A DNA stretch of 64,000 nucleotides from the human T2T-CHM13v2.0 reference genome, Homo sapiens. The stretch lies in the NCBI RefSeq assembly GCF_009914755.1, contig NC_060933.1; one strand, 5' to 3'. The position numbers and the translations under genes were made by a program. This document shows, piece after piece, positions 1 to 12,259 of the stretch; position 1 is the first letter of the stretch, and every line of letters begins with the position of its first letter. The notes beneath the pieces are model-generated. The model searched no databases. It had not been told where the DNA came from and saw nothing but the letters and a program-made list of their open reading frames with translations.

Positions 1-255
1 CATTCGATTGCAATCGTGTTGATTCCATTCCATTCCATTCCATTCCATTCCATTCCATTCCATTCCTTTCCATTCCATTACGGATGATTCCATTCCATTG
101 CATTCCATTCCATTCCATTCCCCTGTAATCGGGTTGATTCCATTCCTTTGCATTCCAATCCATGCCCTTCCACTCGTGTTGATTCCATTCTTTCCATTCC
201 ATTCAAGTTGAATCTTTTCCATTGCATTCCATTCCATTCGATTCCATTCGATTGC

Positions 256-265
256 ACTCGGGTTG
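256..265 (+). repeat. Representative Satellite III interspersed decamer ACTCGGGTTG (reverse complement CAACCCGAGT); hundreds of copies and variants across the window
   Basis: Read directly at 256-265. It recurs throughout, usually as CATTG-CACTC-GGGTT-GATTC or CCCTG-(C/T)ACTC-G(G/C)GTT-GATTC. Confidence 0.95.
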
Positions 266-644
266 ATTCCATTCCATTGCATTCCATTCCATTCCATTCC
301 ATTCCATTTCATTCCGTTCCATTCCATTACATTACATTCGGATTGATTCTATTCAATTCCCTTACACTCCATTACATTCCATTCCATTCGGGTAGTTTCC
401 ATTCCATTCCATTCCATTCCTCTTCATTCCATTGCACTCGGGTTGATTCCATTCCATTGCATTCCATTCCATTCCATTCCGTTCCATTCCATTCCATTAC
501 ATTCGGATTGACTCTATTCAACTCCCTTAGTCTCCATTACATTCCATTCCATTCGGGTTGTTCCATTCCATTCCATTCCGTTCCACTCCATTCCATTGCA
601 CTCGGGTTTATTCCATTCCATTCCATTCCATTCCATTCCATTCC

Positions 645-659
645 ATTCCGGAAGATTCC
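645..659. promoter_or_regulatory. Representative perfect 3-unit heat-shock element (aTTCc-gGAAg-aTTCc); about 46 intact copies in the window
   Basis: ATTCCGGAAGATTCC matches the canonical HSF1 element nTTCnnGAAnnTTCn exactly. The motif match is certain; in vivo binding at this locus is not shown by the sequence. Confidence 0.5.
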
Positions 660-3344
660 ATTCCATTGCATTCCATTCCATTCCATTCCCCTGCACTCGC
701 GTTGATTCCATTCCATTCCATTCCATTCCATTCCATTCCATTCCATTCCATTCCATTCCTCTCCGTTCCATTCCATAACATTCCATTGCATTCCATTCCA
801 TTCAACTCCATTCCAATCCATGCCATTCCACTCGTGTTGTTTCCATTATTTCCATTCCATTCAAGTTGAATCCATTCCATTGCATTCCATTCCATTCCAT
901 TCGCCTGCACTCGCGTTGATTCCATTCCATTCCTTTCCATTCCATTCTATTCCATTCCGTTCCGTTCCATTCCATTCCATTCCATTCCTTTCCATTCCGT
1001 TCCGTTCCATTCCATTCCATTCCATTCCATTCGGGTTAATTCCATTCCATTCCATTCGATTGCAATCGAGTTGTTTCCATTCCATTCCATTCCATTCCAT
1101 TCCGTTCCATTCCATTCCATTACATTCGGATTGATTCTATTCAATTCCCTTACACTCCATTACATTCCATTCCATTCTTGTAGTTTCCATTCCATTCCAT
1201 TCCATTCCTCTCCATTCCATTGAACTCGGGTTGATTCCATTCCATTGCATTCCATTCCATTCCATTCAATTCCTTTCCGTTCTATTCCATTCCATTACAT
1301 TCGGATTGATTCTATTCAACTCCCTTACTCTCCATTACATTCCATTCCATTCGGGTTGTTCCATTCCATTCCATTCCATTCCACTCCATTCCATTGCACT
1401 CGGGTTTATTCCATTCCATTCCATTCCATTCCATTCCATTCCATTCCATTCCGGAAGATTCCATTCCATTGCATTCCATTCCATTCCATTCCCCTGCACT
1501 CGCGTTGATTCCATTCCATTCCATTCCATTCCATTCCATTCCATTCCATTCCTTTCCGTTCCATTCCATTCCATTCCATTCCATTCCATTCCATTCCGTT
1601 CCGTTCCGTTCCGTTCCATTCCATTCCATTCCATTCCATTCCATTCCATTCCATTCGGGTTAATTCCAGTCCATTCCATTCGATTGCAATCGAGTTGATT
1701 CCATTCCATTCCATTCCATTCCATTCCATTCAATTCCATTCCTTTCCATTCCATTACTGATGATTCCATTCCATTGCATTCCATTCCATTCCATTCCCCT
1801 GTACTCGGGTTCATTCCATTCCATTCCATTCCAATCCATGCCATTCCACTCGTGTTGATTCCATTCTTTCCATTCCATTCAAGTTGAATCCATTCCTTTG
1901 CATTCCATTCCATTCCATTCCCCTGCAGTCGGGTTGATTCCATTCCATTCCATTCCATTCCATTCCATTCCATTCCGTTCCTTTCCATTCCATTCCATTC
2001 CTTTCCATTCTATTCAGGTTAATTCCATTCCATTCCATTCCATTCCAATCCATTCCATTCCAATCGACTTGATTCCATTCCATTCCATTCCATTCCATTC
2101 CACTCCATTACAGTCCTTTCCATTCCATTCCACTCGGGTTGATTCCAATGTATTCTTTCCATTCCGTTCCATTCCATTGCAATCCAGTTGATTCCATTTC
2201 TTTGCATTCCATTCCATTCCATTCCATTCCATTCCATTCGCATTCATTCTATTCAATTCCCTTACCCTCCATTACATTCCATTCCATTCGTGTAGTTTCC
2301 ATTCCATTCCATTCCTCTCCATTCCATTCCATTCCATTCCATTCCATTCCATTCCATTCCGGATGATTCCATTCCATTGAATGCCATTGCATTCCATTCC
2401 CCTGCACTTGGGTTGATTCCATTCCATTCCATTACATTCCTTTCTTTTCCATTCCATTCCATTCCATTCCATTCTTTCGTGTTAATTCCATTCCATTCTC
2501 TTCCATTCCATTCCATTGAAATCGAGTTGATTCCATTCCATTCCATTCCATTCCATTCCATTCCATTCCATTCCGGATGATTCCATTCCTTTCCATTCCA
2601 TTCCATTCCATTCCATTGTACTCGGGTTGATTCCATTCCATTGCATTCCATTCCATTCCATTCCATTCCATTCCGTTGCATTCCATTCCATTACATTCGG
2701 ATTGATTCTATTCAACTCCCTTACTCTCCATTACATTCCATTCCATTCGGGTTGTTCCATTCCATTCCATTCCATTCCACTCCATTCCATTGCACTCGGG
2801 TTGATTCCATTCCATTCCATTCCATTCCATTCCATTCCATTCCGGATGATTCCATTCCATTGCATTCCGTTCCATTACATTCCCCTGCACTCGCGTTGAT
2901 TTCATTCCATTCCATTCAATTCCATTCCATTACAATTCGTTCCATTCCATTCTATTCCGTACCATTCCATTCCATTCCATACCATTCCATTCCATTGCAT
3001 TCCATTCCTTTCCATTCCGTTCCATTGCATTCTATTCGGGTTAATTCCATTCCATTCCATTCCATTCCATTCTATTCCATTCCATTGCAATCGAGTTGAA
3101 TCCATTGCATTTCATTCCATTCCATTCCATTCCATTCCATTCCGGAATATTCTATTCCATTGCATTCCATTCCATTCCATTCCCCTGCAGTCGCGTTGAT
3201 TCCATTCCATTCCATTCCATTCCATTCCATTCCATTCCGTTCCGTTCCGTTCCGTTCCATTCCATTCCATTCCATTCCATTCCATTCCGTTCCGTTCCAT
3301 TCCATTCCATTCCATTCTATTCGGGTTAATTCCATTCCATTCCA

Positions 3345-5400
3345 TTCGATTGCAATCGTGTTGATTCCATTCCATTCCATTCCATTCCATTCCATTCCAT
3401 TGCATTCCTTTCCATTCCATTACGGATGATTCCATTTCATTGCATTCCATTCCATTCCATTCCCCTGTACTCGGGTTGATTCCATTCCATTGCATTCCAA
3501 TCCATGCCCTTCCAGTCGTGTTGATTCCATTCTTTCCATTCCATTCAAGTTGAATCCATTCCATTGCATTCCATTCCATTCGATTCCATTCGATTGCACT
3601 CCGGTTGATTCCATTCCATTGCATTCCATTCCTTTCCATTCCGTTCCATTCCATTCCATTCCATTCCATTCCGTTCCATTCCATTCCATTACATTCGGAT
3701 TGATTCTATTCAATTCCCTTACACTCCATTACATTCCATTCCATTCGGGTAGTTTCCATTCCATTCCATTCCATTCCTCTCCATTCCATTGCACTCGGGT
3801 TGATTCCATTGCATTGCATTCCATTCCATTCCATTCAATTCCATTCCGTTCCATTCCATTCCATTACATTCGGATTGATTCTATTCAACTCCCTTACTCT
3901 CCATTCCATTCCATTCCATTTCATTCCATTCCATTCCATTCCATTCCATTCCACTCCATTCCATTGCACTCGGGTTTATTCAATTCCATTCCATTCCATT
4001 CCATTCCATTCCATTCCATTCCATTCCATTCCGGAAGATTCCATTCCATTGCATTCCATTCCATTCCATTCCATTGCATTCCATTCCATTCCATTCCATT
4101 CCCCTGCACTCGCGTTGATTCCATTCCATTCCATTCCATTCCATTCCATTCCTTTCCGTTCCATTCTATTCCATTCCATTCGATTGCAATCGAGTTGATT
4201 CCATTCCATTCCATTCCATTCCATTCCATTCCTTTCCATTCCATTACGGATGATTCCATTCCATTGCATTCCATTCCATTCCATTCCCCTGTACTCGGGT
4301 TGATTCCATTCCATTCCATTCCATTCCATTCTATTCCATTCCATTCCATTCCATTCCAGAAGTTTCCATTCCATTGCATTCCATTCCATTCCATTCCCCT
4401 GCACTCGCGTTGATTCCATTCCATTCCATTCCATTCCATTCCATTGCATTCCATTCCGATCCGTTCCATTCCATTCCATTCCATTCCATTCCGTTCCGTT
4501 CCATTCCATTCCATTCCATTCCATTCCATTCTATTCGGGTTAATTCCATTCCATTCCATTCAATTGCAATCGAGTTGATTCCATTCCATTCCATTCCATT
4601 CCATTCCATTCCATTCCATTCCATTCCTTTCCATTACATTACAGGTGATTCCATTCCATTTCATTCCATTCCATTCCATTCCCCTGTACTCGGGTTGATT
4701 CTATTCCATTCCATTCCAATCCATGCCATTCCACTCGTGTTGATTCCATTCTTTCCATTCCATTCAAGTTGAATCCATTCCATTGCATTCCATTCCATTC
4801 GATTCCATTCGATTGCACTCGGATTGATTCCATGGCATTGCATTCCATTCCATTCCATTCCATTCCATTCCTTTCCATTCCATTCCATTCCATTCGGATT
4901 CATTCTATTCAATTCCCTTACACTCCATTAGATTCCATTCCATTCGTGTAGTTTCCATTCCATTCCATGCCATTCCTCTCCATTCCATTGCACTCGGGTT
5001 GATTCCATTCCATTCCATTCCGTTCCATTCCATTCCATTCCATTCCGGATGATTCCATTCCATTGAATTCCATTCCATTCCATTCCCCTGCACTTGGGTT
5101 GATTCCATTCCATTCCATTCCATTCCTTTCTGTTCCATTCCACTCCATTCCATTCCATTCTATTCGTGTTAATTCCGTTCCATTCTATTCCATTCCATTC
5201 CATTGAAATCGAGTTGTTTCCATTCCATTCAATTCCATTCCATTCCATTCAATTCCATTCGGGATGATTCCATTCCATTTTATTCCATTCCATTCCATTC
5301 CACTGCACTCGGGTTGATTCCATTCAATTCCATTCCATTATATTCCATTCCATTCCGTTCCATTTCATTCTATTCGGGTTAATTCCATTCCATTCCATTC
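3345..5400 (+). repeat. ~2.05 kb segment, copy 1 (copy 2 at ~7370-9420)
   Basis: Shared rare variants at offsets of ~4010-4026: CCAGTCGTG (~3511/7538), CCAGAAGTTT (~4356/8367), CCGATCCG (~4456/8472), CATGGCATTG (~4831/8847), ATTAGATTCC (~4927/8948), CCACTGCACTC (~5300/9321). ORFs 4905..5153 and 8926..9174 translate identically. Confidence 0.9.
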
Positions 5401-6814
5401 CACTCCATTCCAGTCCTTTCCATTCCATTCCACTCGGGTTGATTCCATTCTATTCCTTTCAATTCCATTCCATTCCATTGTAATCGAGTGGATTCCATTC
5501 GAGTTCAATCCATTCCATTCCATTCCATTCCATTCCATTCCATTCCATTGCACACGGGTTCATTCCATTCCATTACATTCCATTCCATTCCATTCCATTT
5601 CATTCCATTCCATTCTATTCCGTACCATTCCATTCCATCCCATTCCATTCCGTTCCATTCCATGCCATTACACTCGGGTTGATTCCATTCCTTTCCATTC
5701 CATTCTTGTTGAATCCATTCCATTCCATTCCATTCCATTCGAATCCATTCCATTGCACTCGGGTTGATTCCATTCCATTCCATTCCATTCCATTTCATTC
5801 CATTCCATTCCGTTACATTCGGATTGATTCTATTCAATTCCCTTACACTCCATTACATTCCATTCCATTCGGGATGTTTCCATTCCATTCCATTCCATTC
5901 CACTCCATTCCATTGCATCAGGTTGATTGCATTGCATTCCATTCCATTCCATTCCGGATGATTCCATTCCATTGCATTCCATTCCATTCCATTCCCCTGC
6001 ACTCGGGTTGATTCCATTCCATTCCATTCCATTCCATTCCATTCCTTTCCGTTCCATTCCATTCTATTCCGGTTAATTCCATTCCATTCCATTCGATTCC
6101 ATTCCATTCCATTCCATTCCATTCCATTGCAGTCGGGTTGATTCCATTCCATTCCATTCCATTCCATTCCATTCCGTTCCATTCCATTCCATTCCATTCT
6201 ATTCGGGTTAATTCCATTCCATTCCATTCCATTCCATTCCGTTCCATTCCATTCCATTCCATTCTATTCGGGTTAATTCCATTCCATTCCATTCCATTCC
6301 ATTCCATTCCATTCCATTCCATTCCAATAGAGTTGATTTCATTCCATTCCATTCCATTCCATTCCACTCCATTCCAGTCCTTTCCATTCCATTACACTCG
6401 GGTTGATTCCATTCTATTCCTTTCCATTCCATTCCATTCCATTGCAATCGAGTTGATTCCATTGCTATGCATTCCATTCCATTCCATTCCATTCCGGATG
6501 ATTCCATTCTATTGCATTCCATTCCATTCCATTCCCCTGCACTCGGGTTGATTCCATTCCATTCCACTCCATTCCGTTCCATTCCATTGCATTCCATTGT
6601 ATTCGGGTTAATTCCATTCCATTCCATTCCATTCCATTCCATTCCATTCCATTCCATTCCATTACAATCGAGTTGATTACATTCCATTCCATTCCATTCC
6701 ATTCCATTCCAGTCCTTTCCATTCCATTCCACTCGGGTTGATTCCATTCTATTAGTTTCCATTCCATTCCATTCCCTTCCATTACACTCTGGTTGATTCC
6801 ATTCCTTTCCATTC

Positions 6815-6850
6815 CACTCGAATACATTCCCTCCTATTCCACTCGGAACG
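6815..6850 (+). repeat. Representative high-complexity landmark module CACTCGAATACATTCCCTCCTATTCCACTCGGAACG (21 copies counted)
   Basis: Copies start near 6815, 10324, 14487, 15935, 19168, 20606, 27051, 31906, 33713, 34382, 35775, 37453, 43536, 49202, 50569, 52321, 53455, 55296, 57863, 62488 and 63891. They are nearly always preceded by CCAGTCCTTTCC...CTATTAGTTTCC...CCCTTCCATTCCACTCTGG. Confidence 0.9.
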
Positions 6851-7369
6851 ATTCCATTCCATTCCATTCCATTCCATTCCATTCCATTCCATTCCATTCC
6901 AGTTCGTTCCATTCCATTCTATTCCGTACCATTCCATTCCATTCCATTCCTTTCCATTCCATTCCTTTCCACTCGTGTTGATTCCATTCCTTTCCATTCC
7001 ATTCGGTTTGAAGGCATTCCATTCCATTCCATTCCATTCCATTCCATTCCATTCCATTCCATTCCATTCCATTCCGTTACATTCGGATTGATTCTATTCA
7101 ATTCCCTTACACTCCATTACATTCCATTCCATTCGGGATGTTTCCATTCCATTCCATTCCATTCCACTCCATTCCATTGCATCAGGTTGATTGCATTGCA
7201 TTCCACTCCATTCCATTCCGGATGATTCCATTCCATTGCATTCCATTCCATTCCATTCCCCTGCACTCGGGTTGATTCCATTCCATTCCATTCCATTCCA
7301 TTCCATTCCATTCCATTCCGTTCCATTCCATTCCATTCCATTCTATTCCGGTTAATTCCATTCCATTCC

Positions 7370-9420
7370 ATTCGATTGCAATCGTGTTGATTCCATTCCA
7401 TTCCATTCCATTCCATTCCATTCCATTGCATTCCTTTCCATTCCATTACGGATGATTCCATTTCATTGCATTCCATTCCATTCCATTCCCCTGTACTGGG
7501 GTTGATTCCATTCCATTGCATTCCAATCCATGCCCTTCCAGTCGTGTTGATTCCATTCTTTCCATTCCATTCAAGTTGAATCCATTCCATTGCATTCCAT
7601 TCCATTCGATTCCATTCGATTGCACTCGGGTTGATTCCATTCCATTGCATTCCATTCCTTTCCATTCCATTCCATTCCATTCCATTCCATTCCATTCCGT
7701 TCCATTCCATTCCATTACATTCGGATTGATTCTATTCAATTCCCTTGCACTCCATTATATTCCATTGCATTCGGGTAGTTTCCATTCCATTCCATTCCAT
7801 TCCTCTCCATTCCATTGCACTCGGGTTGATTCCATTCCATTGCATTCCATTCCATTCCATTCAATTCCATTCCGTTCCATTCCATTCCATTACATTCGGA
7901 TTGATTCTATTCAACTCCCTTACTCTCCATTACATTCCATTCCATTTCATTCCATTCCATTCCATTCCATTCCACTCCATTCCATTGCACTCGGGTTTAT
8001 TCAATTCCATTCCATTCCATTCCATTCCATTCCATTCCATTCCATTCCGGAAGATTCCATTCCATTGCATTCCATTCCATTCCATTCCATTGCTTTCCAT
8101 TCCATTCCATTCCCCTGCACTCGCGTTGATTCCATTCCATTCCATTCCATTCCATTCCATTCCTTTCCGTTCCATTCTATTCCATTCCATTCGATTGCAA
8201 TCGAGTTGATTCCATTCCATTCCATTCCATTCCATTCCATTCCTTTCCATTCCATTACGGATGATTCCATTCCATTGCATTACATTCCATTCCATTCCCC
8301 TGTACTCGGGTTGATTCCATTCCATTCCATTCCATTCCATTCTATTCCATTCCATTCCATTCCATTCCAGAAGTTTACATTCCATTGCATTCCATTCCAT
8401 TCCATTCCCCTGCACTCGCGTTGATTCCATTCGATTCCATTCCATTCCATTCCATTCCATTGCATTCCATTCCGATCCGTTCCATTCCATTCCATTCCAT
8501 TCCATTCCGTTCCGTTCCATTCCATTCCATTCCATTGTATTCGGGTTAATTCCATTCCATTCCATTCAATTGCAATCGAGTTGATTCCATTCCATTCCAT
8601 TCCATTCCATTCCATTCCATTCCATTCCATTCCATTCCATTCCTTTCCATTACATTACGGGTGATTCCATTCCATTTCATTCCATTCCATTCCATTCCCC
8701 TGTACTCGGGTTGATTCTATTCCATTCCATTCCAATCCATGCCATTCCACTCGTGTTGATTCCATTCTTTCCATTCCATTCAAGTTGAATCCATTCCATT
8801 GCATTCCATTCCATTCGATTCCATTCGATTGCACTCGGATTGATTCCATGGCATTGCATTCCATTCCATTCCATTCCATTGCATTCCTTTCCATTCCATT
8901 CCATTCCATTCCATTCGGATTCATTCTATTCAATTCCCTTACACTCCATTAGATTCCATTCCATTCGTGTAGTTTCCATTCCATTCCATGCCATTCCTCT
9001 CCATTCCATTGCACTCGGGTTGATTCCATTCCATTCCATTCCATTCCATTCCATTCCATTCCATTCCGGATGATTCCATTCCATTGAATTCCATTCCATT
9101 CCATTCCCCTGCACTTGGGTTGATTCCATTCCATTCCATTCCATTCCTTTCTGTTCCATTCCACTCCATTCCATTCCATTCTATTCGTGTTAATTCCGTT
9201 CCATTCTATTCCATTCCATTCCATTGAAATCGAGTTGATTCCATTCCATTCAATTCCATTCCATTCCATTCAATTCCATTCGGGATGATTCCATTCCATT
9301 TTATTCCATTCCATTCCATTCCACTGCACTCGGGTTGATTCCATTCCATTCCATTCCATTACATTCCATTCCATTCCGTTCCATTTCATTCTATTCGGGT
9401 TAATTCCATTCCATTCCATT
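7370..9420 (+). repeat. ~2.05 kb segment, copy 2 of 3345-5400
   Basis: Same ordered private variants as 3345-5400. Similarity ends near 9420, where the TGCAATGGAG module begins. Confidence 0.9.
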
Positions 9421-12259
9421 CCATTGCAATGGAGTAGATTCCATTCCATTCCATTGCAATGGAGTTGATTCCATTCCATTCCATTCCATTCCGGATGATT
9501 CCATTCCATTGCATTCCATTCCATTCCATTGCCCTGCACTCGTGTTCATTCCATTCCGTCCATTCCATTCCATTCCATTCTATTCCGGTTAATTCCATTC
9601 CATTCCATTCCATTCCATTCTATTCCATTGCAATCGAGTTGATTCCATTCCATTCCTTTCCATTCCATTCCATTGTCTTGCATTCCACTCGGGTTGATTC
9701 CATTCCCTTCTTTCCACTCCATTACATTCCCTTCCATTCCACTCGGAATGATTGATTCCATTCCATTCCGTTCCATTCCATTCCATTCCATTCCATTCTA
9801 TTCAGGTTAATTCCATTCCATTCCATTCCATTCCATTCCATTCCAATCGAGTTGATTCCATTCCATTCCATTCCATTCCACTACATTCCAGTCCTTTCCA
9901 TTCCATTACACTCGGGTTGATTCCATTCTATTCCATTCTATTCCATTCCATTCCATTGCAATCGAGTTGATTCCATTGCTTTGCATTCCGTTCCATTCCA
10001 TTCCATTCCGGATGATTCCATTCCATTGCATTCCATTCCATTCCATTCCCCTGCACTCGGGTTGATTCCATTCCATTCCACTCCATTCCTTTCCATTCCA
10101 TTCCATTCCATTGTATTCGGGTTAATTCCATTCCATTCCATTCCATTCCATTCCATTCCAATACATTCCTTTACAATCGAGTTGATTCCATTCCATTCCA
10201 TTCCATTCCATTCCACTCCAGTCCTTTCCATTCCATTCCACTCGGGTTGATTCCATTCTATTAGTTTCCATTCCATTCCATTCCCTTCCATTCCACTCTG
10301 GTTGATTCCATTCCTTTCCATTCCACTCGAATACATTCCCTCCTATTCCACTCGGAACGATTCCATTCCATTCCATTCCATTCCATTCCATTCCAGTTCG
10401 TTCAATTCCATTCTATTCCGTACCATTCCTTTCCATTCCATTCCTTTCCTCTCGTGTTGATTCCATTCCTTTCCATTCCATTCGGTTTGAAGGCATTCCA
10501 TTCCATTCAATTCCATTCCATTCCATTCCATTCCATTCCATTCCATTCCCCTGTACTCGGGTTGATTCCATTCCATTCCATTCCAATCCATGCCATTCCA
10601 CTCGTGTTGATTCCATTCTTTCCATTGCATTCAAGTTGAATCCATTCCATTGCATTCCATTCCATTCTATTCCATTCGATTGCACTCGGGTTGATTCCAT
10701 TCCATTGCATTCCATTCCATTCCATTCCATTCCATTCCGTTCCATTCCATTCCATTACATTCGGATTGATTCTATTCAATTCCCTTACACTCCATTACAT
10801 TCCATTCCATTCGGGTAGTTTCCATTCCATTCCATTCCATTCCTCTCCATTCCATTGAACTCGGGTTGATTCCATTCCATTGCATTCCATTCCATTCCAT
10901 TCCATTCCATTCCGTTCCATTCCATTCCATTACATTCGGATTGATTCTATTCAACTCCCTTACTCTCCATTACATTCCGTTCCATTCGGGTTGTTCCATT
11001 CCATTCGATTCCATTCCACTCCATTCCATTGCACTCGGGTTGATTCCATTCCATTCCATTCCATTCCATTCCATTCCATTCCGGAAGATTCCATTCCATT
11101 GCATTCCATTCCATTCCATTCCCCTGCACTCGCGTTGATTCCATTCCATTCCATTTGATTCCATTCCATTCCATTCCATTCCATTCCGGAAGATTCCATT
11201 CCATTACATTCAATTCCATTCCATTCCCCTGCACTCGCGTTGATTCCATTCCATTCCATTCCATTCCATTCCATTCCGTTCCGTTGCGTTCCATTCCATT
11301 CCATTCCATTCTATTTGGGTTAATTCCATTCCATTCCATTGGATTGCAATCGAGTTGATTCCATTCCATTCCATTCCATTCCATTCCATTCCATTCCATT
11401 CCATTCCTTTCCATTCCATTACGAATGACTCCATTCCATTGCATTCCATTCCATTCCATTCCCCTGTACTCGGGTTGATTCCATTCCATTCCATTCCAAT
11501 CCATGCCATTCCACTCGTGTTGATTCCATTCTTTCCATTCCATTCAAGTTGAATCCATTCCATTCCATTGCATTCCATTCGATTCCATTCGATTGCACTC
11601 GGGTTCATTCCATTCCATTCCATTCCATTCCATTCCATTCCATTCCGTTCCATTCCATTCCATTACATTCGGATTGATTCTATTCAATTCCCTTACACTC
11701 CATTACATTCCATTCCATTCGGGTAGTTTCCATTCCATTCCATTCCATTCCTCTCCATTCCATTGCACTCGGGTTGATTCCATTCCATTGCATTCCATTC
11801 CATTCCATTCAATTCCATTCCGTTCCATTCCATTCCATTACATTCGGAATGATTCTATTCAACTCCCTTACTCTCCATTACATTCCATTCCATTCGGGTT
11901 GTTCCATTCCATTCCATTCCATTCCACTCCATTCCATTGCACTCGGGTTGATTCCATTCCATTCCATTCCATTCCATTCCGGAAGATTCCATTCCATTGC
12001 ATTCCATTACATTCCATTACCCTGCACTCGCGTTGATTCCATTCCATTCCATTCCACTCCATTCCGTTCCATTCCATTCCTTTCCGTTCCATTCCATTCC
12101 ATTCCATTCCATTCCCTTCCGTTCCGTTCCGTTCCGTTCCATTCCATTCCATTCTATTCGGGTTAATTCCATTCCATTCCATTCGATTGCAATCGAATTG
12201 ATTCCATTCCATTCCATTCCATTCCATTCCATTCCATTCCATTCCTTTCCATTCCATTA

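Noticed and set aside
646-653. TTCCGGAA as a STAT GAS element
   Set aside because: Canonical GAS sites are TTC-N3-GAA (N4 for STAT6). This has N2, which is the HSE geometry.
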